Source: Bispira polyomma (taxonomy: Eukaryota). From it: a stretch of 64,000 nt of DNA. The notes beneath the pieces were generated by a model, which worked only from the letters and a program-made list of their open reading frames with translations, was not told the origin of the DNA and searched no databases. The stretch lies in contig OZ287754.1 in the NCBI GenBank assembly GCA_965649765.1, positions 10,478,001 to 10,542,000 of the forward strand, in the 5' to 3' direction. Position 1 is the stretch's first letter. The number at the start of each line of letters is the position of its first letter. Below are positions 13,501-22,666 of the stretch, one piece after another. Both the position numbers and the translations under genes were made by a program.

Positions 13501-16500
13501 TCTATACACTTACAGCTCATCCGGTGGCGATGATGTGTACTATCTACATGCAGCTACGTCTCCACAAAATATGGCCTCTCTGTCCCCACAGAATCAGGGC
13601 ACCTGTCACAGCAGCTGGTATATCCTGCCAAGTGGAATGAGCTCGGGTAAAGGTTTTATGTATCATCGGTGCACCATAGCTTGAGGACGTAAGCAAGCGC
13701 ATAGTACCTGACTAAAATAATATAGAGCTTACAAAAATGTATGGATTTTAATATGTCTTTCTGTGTATATTTATTATTTTTTATTTTATTTTTATTTTTT
13801 TATTATTTTTGCTCTTGATTAGTTATACTAAAAATATTTCTATTTACTACAATAAAAATCGCCATTTTAAAATTTAAAACAGACACGAACCTCTGATCCT
13901 CGATTTCGGTAGCCCTTCAACTTTACGCACACTGACTTTATACAGTGAAATCCTTGTTCAATCGAATCTGAAGGAACCATACAAATTTGTTCTACTAAAC
14001 AGAAATTCTACTTCACTGGGTAAAATCTGTTAGAAATATAGCAAAAGGACTTTAAAAAACTTTATATTTATATGTAATTCCACTTGTCAGAGTTCTATTC
14101 AAAGGGGTTTTAACTGTACCGTATTTTACGTAACAAAGGCCCCCAATCCAACTATAGCCCTTTTTTTTAGAGCGATCTTTAGATCATTAATGCCAATGTT
14201 ATAGCAAGTACTATTAAAAATATATTTGGAAATCGGTAATTCTTGTTAAAATAGTGATATTTATTACGTAATTGTATGATAATGCAGATCAGCCTGTACA
14301 TTTAAAAAGGACAAAATATTTTAGGACAGTGTAAATTAGTTCATCAAATTGAATATTTGTATAACAAAATTTTGGATAATAGAGCTTCTAATTTATTTGG
14401 TACTGCCTAACATTAGACTTCAGTTCAAGTTTTTACAAATTGGGCTGGTTTTAAGTCCAAGTCATGTATTAGCAAGTCATGTATTAGCCATGATAAGCAA
14501 ATGCTATATGTCAGACTGTCTTCTGGCCATAATACGTCAAAGAACTTTATCAGGTAAAGTAATTTTACAAATGTAGCAATAATAACATGTATTTAGTGTC
14601 TAGTAATCGATCAGACCATCTCAGAGATCTTATAGAATCTATATCCTGTGTTGTAGACTGTGAGAACGGGCCCTGTCAGAACAATGGTGAATGTTGTGCT
14701 GAACAGAACGGCTCAGCTTCCTGTACATGTCAAATACAGTTTACAGGTAATGTCAGATATCACCTGTTTTTGAGACAATAACAAATTACCTGACTATCTC
14801 AGCCTACATTTCGATTGTGGGTCAGCATGGAATAAAAATAGTGTGTAATATTTCCATGCTTTATATGGGACTAAAAATATTCTAATTTATCTTGTATTGA
14901 CTGCACAAGTACCAGTACCAACCAGTACCAGTTCTTCTTTGAACTGATAACATGATGAGGCTTGAGGGTGACACCATTGATCAATGTAGGTCAAAAGGTG
15001 CTTTAGTCTGCCTGCCTGATAAAACCCAAAATGATAGAGGACTTCAGCTATGTTAAGTGCTAATTTAAGCCACTTTGTATCTGCCTCTAGCTGGTAGACC
15101 CAGGTCCTTTGCATTTCTTATTGAATGAGTTGCTCACTATGTCAAAAAGGTCTTCATGTAATAGAAGGGAGTGGTGGCATAGTTATAAGTCTCTGGCCTG
15201 TCTCTTCTAGTAACAGTGGGGGGTTGCAACAGCGTAGTGGTTATAGGTGTCTGCTTTAATATCACCAGCCTCTCACGTCTGGGAACATTGGAGGACTCTG
15301 GTGACCTACTGGTTATAAGTGTATGTTTTAATATCACTAATCTTCCACCTTTGAGGACAGTGGTGGACAATGGTATCCTAGTGGTTATAAGTGTTTGGTT
15401 TAATATCACTAGCCTCTCACCTCTGAGGACAGTCTTGCGGTTGATTCCCACTGCTTCCTTCATATGGCAAAGTTTGCCATGTGCTTGCCATAAATTGGAC
15501 GTTTCTAGTCAAAATACTACTGCTTTCCCTCACCAATAAACTCTGGCCATCCCAATATGATCAAACATATTCAAAGTGACACCCAAATAAATTCAAATTA
15601 GAAGCTCTGTTGTCCAAATATTTTGGGAGAGCAAGAAAATAAAAAGCAGAATAAAATGTTCATAAATAGTAAAGCTCTTTTTATACATAATAAAAAAAAC
15701 AACATAAATTCGGGAGAGAAGAATGAGTTCATCAAAGCCAATATTCGAACACAGCAAACTGTGTAATTTAACTCTATTTACTGTATATTATGCTCTGACT
15801 CTCTGTAACATTTAAATCTCAACCTATAACTAACCCTGTTATTACAGGTCATACCTGTACTATATGTGCCCCTCACTTCACTATTGTAGACTGTGATACC
15901 TGTGAGTTGGTGGGCTACTCTGTAACATTTAAATCTCCACCTATTACTAACTAACTCTGTTATTACAGGTCCTACTTGTACTATATGTGCCCCTCATTTC
16001 AATGGTGTAGACTGTGATACCTGTGAGTTGGTGGGCTACTCTGTAACATATAAATCTCCACCTATTACTAACTGTTGTTACAGGTAATACTTGTACTATA
16101 TCTTCCCCTCACTTTACTATTGTAGACAGTGATACCTGTGAGTTGGTGGGCTACTCTGTAACATTTAAATCTCCACCTATTACTAACTAACTCTGTTATT
16201 ACAGGTCCTACTTGTACTATATGTGCCCCTCATTTCAATGGTGTAGACTGTGATACCTGTGAGTTGGTGGGCTACTCTGTAACATTTAAATCTCCACCTA
16301 TTACTAACTGTTGTTACAGGTAATACTTGTACTATATCTTCCCCTCACTTTACTATTGTAGACAGTGCTACCTGTGAGTTGGTGGGCTACTCTGTAACAT
16401 TTAAATCTCCACCTATTACTAACTAACTGTTATTACAGGTCCTACTTGTACTACATGTGCCCCTCACTTCACTGGTGTAAACTGTGGGGAGTGTGAGTTG

Positions 16501-19500
16501 GGCTACTCTGGGGAGGACTGTTCTACAGAGGACCAGTGTGTGACAGGTACATTTAGCTGTCATAACGAAGCCACCTGTGTCACTGAAACAGATGGCTACA
16601 CATGCCTCTGTACTCAAGGGTAAGATGGATTTGAATTACATTGAACTCAGTGTTTGAAAACTACCACTGGAACTTACATGCCCAGTGGGCTTATAACTTT
16701 TACGAGAGCCAAAAGTTCCCTGTCCAGTAGTCTGAAAAAGATCAATATTTTGCACTAATATCGTAGATAAAACTATATGTGACTACTATCTAAGTAGAAA
16801 GACCAAAAGAAAATTGTAAATCAAGCATTTCTTGGAAATTTTTAAATAAAGATTTATTTTGAAATATCAAATGTCTTATTTTATTAAGACATTTTATTAT
16901 TTTATTATTTAAGTAAGGAATCTAAAATTCGCCACTGTATCTGAAAGTCGCCACCCCTAAAACTTAAGCTAACTGAATAAAAACTGGCTAAAAAATGACT
17001 GGAATTAAGGTAGGTAAGGCAAGATAGTCACAAAAACCTCAATTTCAGCAAATATTACCAACAATTCTACCAGAAACAAAACATTTTCTAGTTGTTTAAT
17101 TTTAGATACAGTGGCGAATTTTAGATTTCTTACTCTAGCTTACAAAATATAAATGTTACTTTATATAAAGTAAAACCTCCAGATTTACTTCAACATAATA
17201 GGGAAATCGAATTATCAGAGTTCTACTTAAAGGGGTTTGACTGTATTATCCAAATATAACCTTTGTCTCCCAACATATTTGGATAATAGAGGTTTTACTG
17301 TAGTTTGATATAACATAGTACTCTAAGGAGGGGTTTTATCCAACATCACAGTTTCTCCATGGTCTAGTGGTTAGACTATGAATCGGAGAGTCCCAAAGGG
17401 TTCCAGGTTCAATCCTGACGCTGCAGGCTTGGAGATTGTATCCTCATACAAGGTACTTTACACAAAGTTGTCTCTCTCTGCCTAGGTGTATAAATGAGTA
17501 CCTGGCCACCAATGGGTGTTAGTCTTTGTGCGCAGCATGTGGCAACATGGCTAGTATTCTTCCTGAGTGAGCGGAGACTGAACAATTGGTTCGACAAGTG
17601 AAAGAACCCAGGCTGGGGGTGTAAATGGTCAGATGAGACCTCAATAGAGGTGATATCAGACTATATAAACCTACACACATTTACATTTACAACCTGGGCT
17701 CCTTCTACATTGGCAAAACAATTGTTCACTCTCAGCTCCCTAATATAATATTCCATCAGGATATACAGTAGAAACTGTTTTATCTAAACATGTTGGGAGA
17801 GTGTTTGGATAACAGAATGTTAAATAAAATAGAAAAATGATTTTGTATAAAACAACAGAAAAAAATATTAGTTTGGGAGAGTAGAAATATAATGTTCAGA
17901 TAAGAGAAGTTTGAATAATACTGAGGTTCTATTGTATTTAAAATTCAGTAGCTCATGGCTGTTTATGTTTACGGTTTTATGGTTACACTTACCACAGTAT
18001 ACAGATTTATTCCTGGTTTAAAGTGCTATTTTACTGCAACATCTCTGCCCAATAATTGTGTCAACCAGCACCATTAACTGTTATTTCCCCAACTTAACAT
18101 TAGTTTGGCAATATTTAGTTAAAATATGCAGTACAAGTTATTCCTAAAATGAGAAAACTAATTTTGTTATTGGAATTTTTATTTAAAACCTTATTTTCTA
18201 AGAACAGTATTTGCAAAGTTAACCAGTAATTGTATTTGATGTATTTGATGTCTATTAGCTTTACTGGAGCGGACTGCTCTGTAGAAGACCCCTGTTTCCC
18301 CAACCCTTGTGAGGCAGGAGAATTTTGTCAATTGGTGTCACCAGCAGAGACAGGATATGAATGTCAAAGTGAGTCGATTGTAGTAATGTACTCATGTCAT
18401 GTCAGTTTGAGTCCATAATGGTAATGTACTCATGTCATGTCAGTTTGAGTCAGTTGTAGTAATATACTCATGTCATGTCAGTTTGAATCCATAATGGTAA
18501 TGTACTCATGTAATGCCAGTTTGAGTCAGTTGTAGTATTATACTCATATAATGTTAGTTTGAATGCATAATGGTAATGTACTCATGTAATCTCAGTTTGA
18601 GTCGATTGTAGTAATGTACTCATGTAATGTCAGTTTGAGTCTACTGCAGAAAAAATGTAATAAAAAAATGTGATATGGTTACATAAATTATACTTATAAC
18701 TTTTCGACCCCAAGAGAAAACTATTGCCAGGAACTGAAAGAATAGTTTAGGTAATTGCTAACAGATAGCTGGAGTCACTAAAACTCACACCACACAGACT
18801 ACTTCATGCATATAATAACGACCCAGCGTATAATTTTTTAAAACAAAGAAGATCAGCTGTACTAACATTTTCCTAGTGGAAGGAACTGAAGGACAATAAA
18901 TCATATTTTTTGGGTGTTGACTGCTTGCCGACAGACATAGGTTCTGGGGGTATCAAATGCCGTTGACTGCTTGCCGACAATATAGGGGTTGAAAAGGTTA
19001 CATGGAAACCATAAAAGATACCGTGTTCGTAAAACTGGGTACATTCTACAAATTTAGTCCATCCATATGGACACACAAGGATGTTTAGGTTTACTGATAC
19101 AATAGATTTACAAGACTACCATATAATAAGTTTTACTCCTGTATTTCTGTTATGTCCTGTGAGATTCCCGTTATTCCACCTTCAACATATTTGTCTGCTC
19201 GTTACTTATTGATTCTGAACACAGATATTGCAGGGTTTTGCTAGGTTCTTTGAATATTAAGTATGCTTCATGTATTCTATGCTAATTTACTATTTGTACC
19301 ACATACAGACTTCCTCAGCCTCTCAGTTTCCAAGAACTAGTCCAGACAAACTTTGGCAGCTGCCGCTTACCCGCTCATCTCGTCATCTGCTCATCCCCTA
19401 ATCCGCTTATTCTCTCATCCGCTCATCCCCTAATCTGCTCACTCGCTCATCCCCTCATCTGCTCACCTCCTCACTCGCTCATCCGCTCATCCCCTCACTC

Positions 19501-22361
19501 GCTCACCCCCTCACTTGCTCATTCCCTCACCCGCTCATCTCCTGATCCCTTCATTCCCTCAACTGCTTACCCCCTCACCAGCTCATCTCCTCATATGCTC
19601 ATCCCCTAATCCTCTAATCCCCTCAACTGCTCACCCCCTCACCAGCTCATCCCCTTATCTGCTCATCTCTAATCTCCTCATCTGCTCACCCGCTCATTCC
19701 CTCATCTGCTCACCTGCTCATCCCCTCATCTGCTCACCCCCTCACCTGCTCACCCCCTCACCTGCTCATCCCCTCATCGGCTCATCTGCTCATCCTCTCA
19801 CCTTCTTACCTGCTCATCTGCTCATCCGCTCACCGGCTCATCCGTTCACCTACTCATTTCCTCATCTCCTCATCCGCTCACCCGCTCATCTACTCACCCG
19901 CTTATTCCCTCACTCGCTCATCTGCTCACGCACTCATCTGGACAACCAGGGTTAAAACCATACCCCATAGCTTAGACCGAGTAATCTGCCGCCAATGAGG
20001 GCTTTTTAAACTGATGTATGGCCAATTGGCGACAGAGCAGCTACCATATTAAGCAAAATGCTGTAAATCCTAAATCGGTATATATATAAAGATGGAATCT
20101 GCTAAAAAAATACATATCCTTACTTCTTATATATATTCTGTTATTTCAGTCCTACATGGTGTATAGCAATTAATATAGCATAAATCCTACAACCACAAAC
20201 ACTGGCACAACTCTGTTGGCCATTTTATATCCTACAGAATTTACAATTTTGTAGCGGTTTCCGTTCTGTCCCTTTTCATGATTCCGTCGTTAAAATAACA
20301 GCAAGGAATCTCGCTAAATAGGGACAGATTATTCGGTCCACCCAAAAGCCATTATATGCAGCAGACTCTCTGTAACTCAATTTACTAGAACTCGATTTTT
20401 GCCATAAATCAAACCATATTTAAATTCCTAACATTTTTAATGCAAAGACAAGGTATCACTCAAAGTTCAATCTTTAAAATTAGGTATTAATCGATCCTAT
20501 GTATAGAGAGTGTTGGGTAAAAAGACAATAAAAGACTGACTAATCCTGTTATATGTATGGCTATCTCAGCTAGAAGAAGTGGACAAACAGAGAATGCAGC
20601 ACCAAAGCCTGTCAGATCTGTGTCTCTTATTGGTCAACTGCTGATCGGATGGTTCACCATGGTTACAAGACATGTGATGTCTATCTGTAAGTCCTAGTAA
20701 GGCCAAATGCTGTGGTCCCAGCAAAATCAGTATTTGTAATGTGCATGTCTGTCCGTGACAAATGAATACACATCTTAAGTGATAATAGAAGAAATTTAAA
20801 AAGTCTAAAAACAATAGCGGCTTTTTTTTCCACTTTAAATGTCAAAATTAAATAAAAAGCACTAATGTAGCGTAATACATGATCCATTTTCAGTGGTTTG
20901 TTTGTCGTAAGCCATAGCACATACATCACATTTTATACATGCACACACCATATGCTGATTTGGCTTATAGATTTTATGAATTTAATATTGTTCCCATATT
21001 CAGTACAATATCTTTTTTAAGAGCACTAATGAACTTTTTATGCCTGTCAGTACAAGAACCTGCCACCTATAATTGTTATTATCCTGACTAAAGAATTTTG
21101 GTTTACAGTTATTCCTCCTTTAAGTCAATCCTTTAGGGACCAGAAAAATGCCTTTGTGGGACTACAGATGTTGCTCTGCATCGAACGTAAATTGACTGAA
21201 CAGAGTTCCACTTAAAGAGGTTCAACTAATTTGATTTAGTTTGGTTTTAAACATTGCTTTCAACACGTTCTTATTCTGTCAAGATGAACAGCTGATTGGT
21301 GAAGCAAATCAGAACAGAGTAGTTGGTAAAGATTTTTGTCCTGCATACCAGAGACCTTTAGCTGTCAACTGTCAAAATGTTTAGAAAATGTTTAAGGCTA
21401 CTGCATTACCCTGAACTTCCTTTTGACCCCATGAGACGGGGTCGCGGTGGCCTAGTGGTTAGCAAGCATTGCGCTTCACAATCACTGGTCTCTCACCTCT
21501 GGGCGGCATGAGTTAAATATCCAACTTCAAACTTCGACCCAATGAGAAAACTATCGCCTGGAACTGAAAGAAATATTTTTGGGTAACAGGTTACAGATAG
21601 TTAAAGTCTCTAAAACACACACCACATATTACTTACAGCATTCAATAACAGCCTTATGTATACATTTTTAAATGGGGGATTCTTTTGTACAAACAATTTC
21701 CTGTTTTGATGAATTGAAAGGAATTTTTTTTTGGGGGGGGAGTGTGGACTGCTGGCCAACAGACATAGGTTCGGGGAGGAGGAAATGATGTCAGCTTCTA
21801 GCTGACAACCTAGTGGTTCGAAAGAGTTATTATTTTACTAATTTGCACACAGTAGAACATTTGTTTTTTTTATACTTTTGCTATCGAAACATTTAACTTC
21901 ACATAGGTACTTGTTTCGGTCACATCTATGTTTTGCTTAGCTTCATTTTTATACTGTAATGCCTTGTCTTATGAACATTTATTTCCCTAAACTCCTATTT
22001 TCTCCAATGTTTTCCGATCATATAGGAGGTTCTATTGTTAAGAGTTTTGGTCTCCATGGCCTACTGGTTAGAGTGTGTGACTTTGAATTAGAGGGTCCCA
22101 GGTTTGATCATCCTTGCTGCTGGCCTTGAGATTGTACCCTTGGACAGGGGGTACATTGCTCCCTTAGGGAGTTGAGAGGTAACAATTGGTTGACAAGTAG
22201 AAGAAACCATGCAGGCTGGGGGTTGTAAACTGTAAAGTCAGAGGAGGCCTTATCATGGGTGATATCAGATACTATAAACCTACATTTACAGTTACAATAA
22301 GTTACCAATGTTTCCTTACAAGTGAGTGATTTTGTTTTTTCTCAATTTTTCTGCAGCGTAA
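4395..22361 (+). CDS. Multi-exon extracellular protein, 5'-incomplete: three ~150-aa beta-rich (beta-trefoil-like) repeats, EGF-like repeats and a putative GPI signal. Exons 4395-4547, 6246-6347, 7549-7707, 8991-9029, 9802-9984, 11085-11372, 11949-12020, 12731-12898, 13347-13646, 14657-14746, 16439-16619, 18259-18368, 20570-20686, 22357-22361
   Basis: Every exon has an AG acceptor and (except the last) a GT donor. Phases chain without stops: all phase 1 except one phase-2 junction at 16619/18259. The joined ORF is at least 655 aa with EGF Cys spacing and N-glycosylation sequons (NIT, NTS, NCS, NGS). The start/signal-peptide exon was not identified. Confidence 0.75.
4581..4839 (-). mobile_element. 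tRNA-derived SINE, family A, full length
   Basis: A box TGGCCTTGTGG, B box GAGTTCGACTC, core ATGTGGGAAAG..., imperfect TSD tctctc(g/a)taatt; near-identical to 8501-8749. Confidence 0.85.
6246..6347 (+). CDS. Exon, repeat A part 2 (GFTLSTKKGYFHITENP...FSQDSPTIVIVE)
   Basis: ggtag| and |gtaagg, 102 nt, open in phase 1-1; aligns with repeats B and C. Confidence 0.7.
6984..7525. mobile_element. Non-autonomous DNA transposon with TTA TSD (Harbinger-like)
   Basis: TIR tgccccagtcacaccgg / ccggtggaactgggctc, flanked by tta. Confidence 0.55.
7549..7707 (+). CDS. Exon, repeat A part 3 (GLTADSTEWGSEG...SCDNNWHLLPLTEE)
   Basis: tgtag| and |gtaaga, 159 nt, phase 1-1; inside ORF 7512..7946. Confidence 0.75.
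8150..8886 (+). mobile_element. Helentron/HINE-like non-autonomous element with internal ~136-bp tandem repeats, interrupted by a SINE
   Basis: gtccgaccgtccgtc microsatellite near the 5' end, about 2.5 core repeats, 3' hairpin ggggtctgtagcccc followed by T-rich sequence. Confidence 0.55.
8501..8749 (-). mobile_element. tRNA-derived SINE, family A, with a 15-bp TSD
   Basis: TSD ggacatttaaaggaa at 8486-8500 and 8750-8764. Confidence 0.9.
8991..9029 (+). CDS. Linker micro-exon (VSEENVDLSDLAS)
   Basis: Strong pyrimidine tract ttttattcag| and |gttagt, 39 nt, phase 1-1. Confidence 0.6.
9802..9984 (+). CDS. Exon, repeat B part 1 (DCVSTGYLLFY...GCTPFQVYASSGTT)
   Basis: ccccag| and |gtaagt, 183 nt, phase 1-1. 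Confidence 0.75.
9918..10630 (+). repeat. 80-bp minisatellite (9 copies, 160-bp higher-order dimer) spanning a splice donor
   Basis: Donor-like motif recurs every 80 nt from 9985 to 10625. Confidence 0.95.
11085..11372 (+). CDS. Exon, repeat B part 2 (GAYYLKSLSMDAFLYY...KCHKFILAEDTSLA)
   Basis: ttttcag| and |gtaaat, 288 nt, phase 1-1; ORF 11060..11380. Confidence 0.8.
11949..12020 (+). CDS. Ser/Thr/Asp-rich linker exon (DNTDTSCPDSSDSNSQTVTSTYDN)
   Basis: acacag| and |gtaagc, 72 nt, phase 1-1. Confidence 0.7.
12731..12898 (+). CDS. Exon, repeat C part 1 (ECYFREPVYLV...NCSLFAFYQAHHQ)
   Basis: ctttcag| and |gtttgt, 168 nt, phase 1-1; the acceptor is duplicated 70 nt upstream. Confidence 0.75.
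13347..13646 (+). CDS. Exon, repeat C part 2 (GEYYIKKLDSSLTYL...TCHSSWYILPSGMSS)
   Basis: tttacag| and |gtaaag, 300 nt, phase 1-1; ORF 13322..13684. Confidence 0.8.
14657..14746 (+). CDS. EGF-like exon (DCENGPCQNNGECC...CTCQIQFT)
   Basis: ttgtag| and |gtaatg, 90 nt; EGF pattern PCxNxGxC...CxC..FTG. Confidence 0.8.
15168..15600 (+). mobile_element. Degenerate tRNA-SINE with a tandemly multiplied 5' head (~69-bp units)
   Basis: Repeated gtggttataagtgt..tttaatatcac.agcctctcac; the last copy continues into a B-box-like motif, core and tail. Confidence 0.55.
15800..16510 (+). repeat. 115-121-bp tandem array (5 partial copies plus the real exon) spanning an EGF-exon acceptor
   Basis: acag|gt starts at 15848, 15969, 16084, 16205, 16320, 16439. 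Confidence 0.95.
16439..16619 (+). CDS. EGF/laminin-EGF-like exon (GPTCTTCAPHFTGVNCGECELGYSGEDC...CHNEATC...GYTCLCTQG)
   Basis: attacag| and |gtaaga, 181 nt, phase 1-2. Confidence 0.8.
16912..17134. mobile_element. MITE with ~30-bp TIRs
   Basis: agtaaggaatctaaaattcgccactgtatct / agatacagtggcgaattttagatttcttact. Confidence 0.65.
17355..17690 (+). mobile_element. tRNA-derived CORE-like SINE (related copies at about 22050-22295 + and 22845-23055 -)
   Basis: A box tggtctagtgg, B box ggttcaatcc, core ...cctaggtgtataaatgagtacc, (acattt)n tail. Confidence 0.7.
18259..18368 (+). CDS. EGF-like exon (FTGADCSVEDPCFPNPCEAGEFC...GYECQ)
   Basis: ctattag| and |gtgagt, 110 nt, phase 2-1, matching the preceding phase-2 donor. 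Confidence 0.8.
18361..18642 (+). repeat. ~38-bp minisatellite (~7 copies) starting at a splice donor
   Basis: Unit gagtcgattgtagtaatgtactcatgtcatgtcagttt. Confidence 0.9.
18697..19000. mobile_element. MITE (copies at about 4870-5035 and 21530-21830)
   Basis: TIR taacttttcgacccc / ggggttgaaaaggtta and a shared internal sequence. Confidence 0.6.
19365..19940. repeat. C-rich ~8-bp minisatellite (ctgctcat/cccctcac)
   Basis: About 570 bp of degenerate octamers. Confidence 0.9.
20570..20686 (+). CDS. Penultimate exon, hydrophobic C-terminal tail (RRSGQTENAAPKPVRSVSLIGQLLIGWFTMVTRHVMSI)
   Basis: Branch-point-like ctgactaat, ctcag| and |gtaagt, 117 nt, open in phase 1-1. Confidence 0.55.
21438..21530 (+). 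mobile_element. SINE family A head, internally deleted
   Basis: ggggtcgcggtggcctagtggttagcaagc... joined directly to the tail. Confidence 0.7.
22357..22361 (+). CDS. Putative terminal coding exon (Ser then TAA)
   Basis: Long pyrimidine tract ending ctgcag|cg taa; phase-compatible with the upstream donor. Confidence 0.4.
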
Positions 22362-22491
22362 CTGTGTCACAAAGAAAAAAAATCTACAAGATGCTGAACA
22401 TATCATGGTGTTATTCACATTATCACACCAATAGAGAAGTGGACATTTATTTGAGAAGAGGCATCAACATTGCATACTTAACACATAAATA

Positions 22492-22666
22492 CAGTAGAAC
22501 CTCTATTATCTGAACATATTGGGGAGAGGAAGATCATTGTTCGGATAATAGAATGTTCATAAAATAGAAGAGGTGTTTGTGTGTATAAATTTTTAAGAGT
22601 AAAACTGATATGTTCATAAAATTGAAAGGTCGGATAGTAGAAATTTGGATCATAGAGGTTCCACTG
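22492..22666. mobile_element. Tc1/mariner/pogo-type MITE with TA TSD; abundant family (also 17766-17934, 28970-29163, 31226-31414, about 53716-53900, and fragments)
   Basis: ta|cagtagaacctctattatc ... gaggttccactg|ta. Confidence 0.8.

Noticed and set aside
15137-15539. Overlapping ~108-aa ORFs on both strands
   Set aside because: By-products of tandem SINE-head repeats.
19309-19340. Alternative terminal exon (NFLSLSVSKN*)
   Set aside because: Phase-compatible, but it runs straight into a repeat element, and 20570-20686 has stronger signals. Not fully excluded.
19515-19955. 146-aa Pro/Leu/Ser/His-rich ORF
   Set aside because: Translation of a C-rich minisatellite; TTG start and no splice support.
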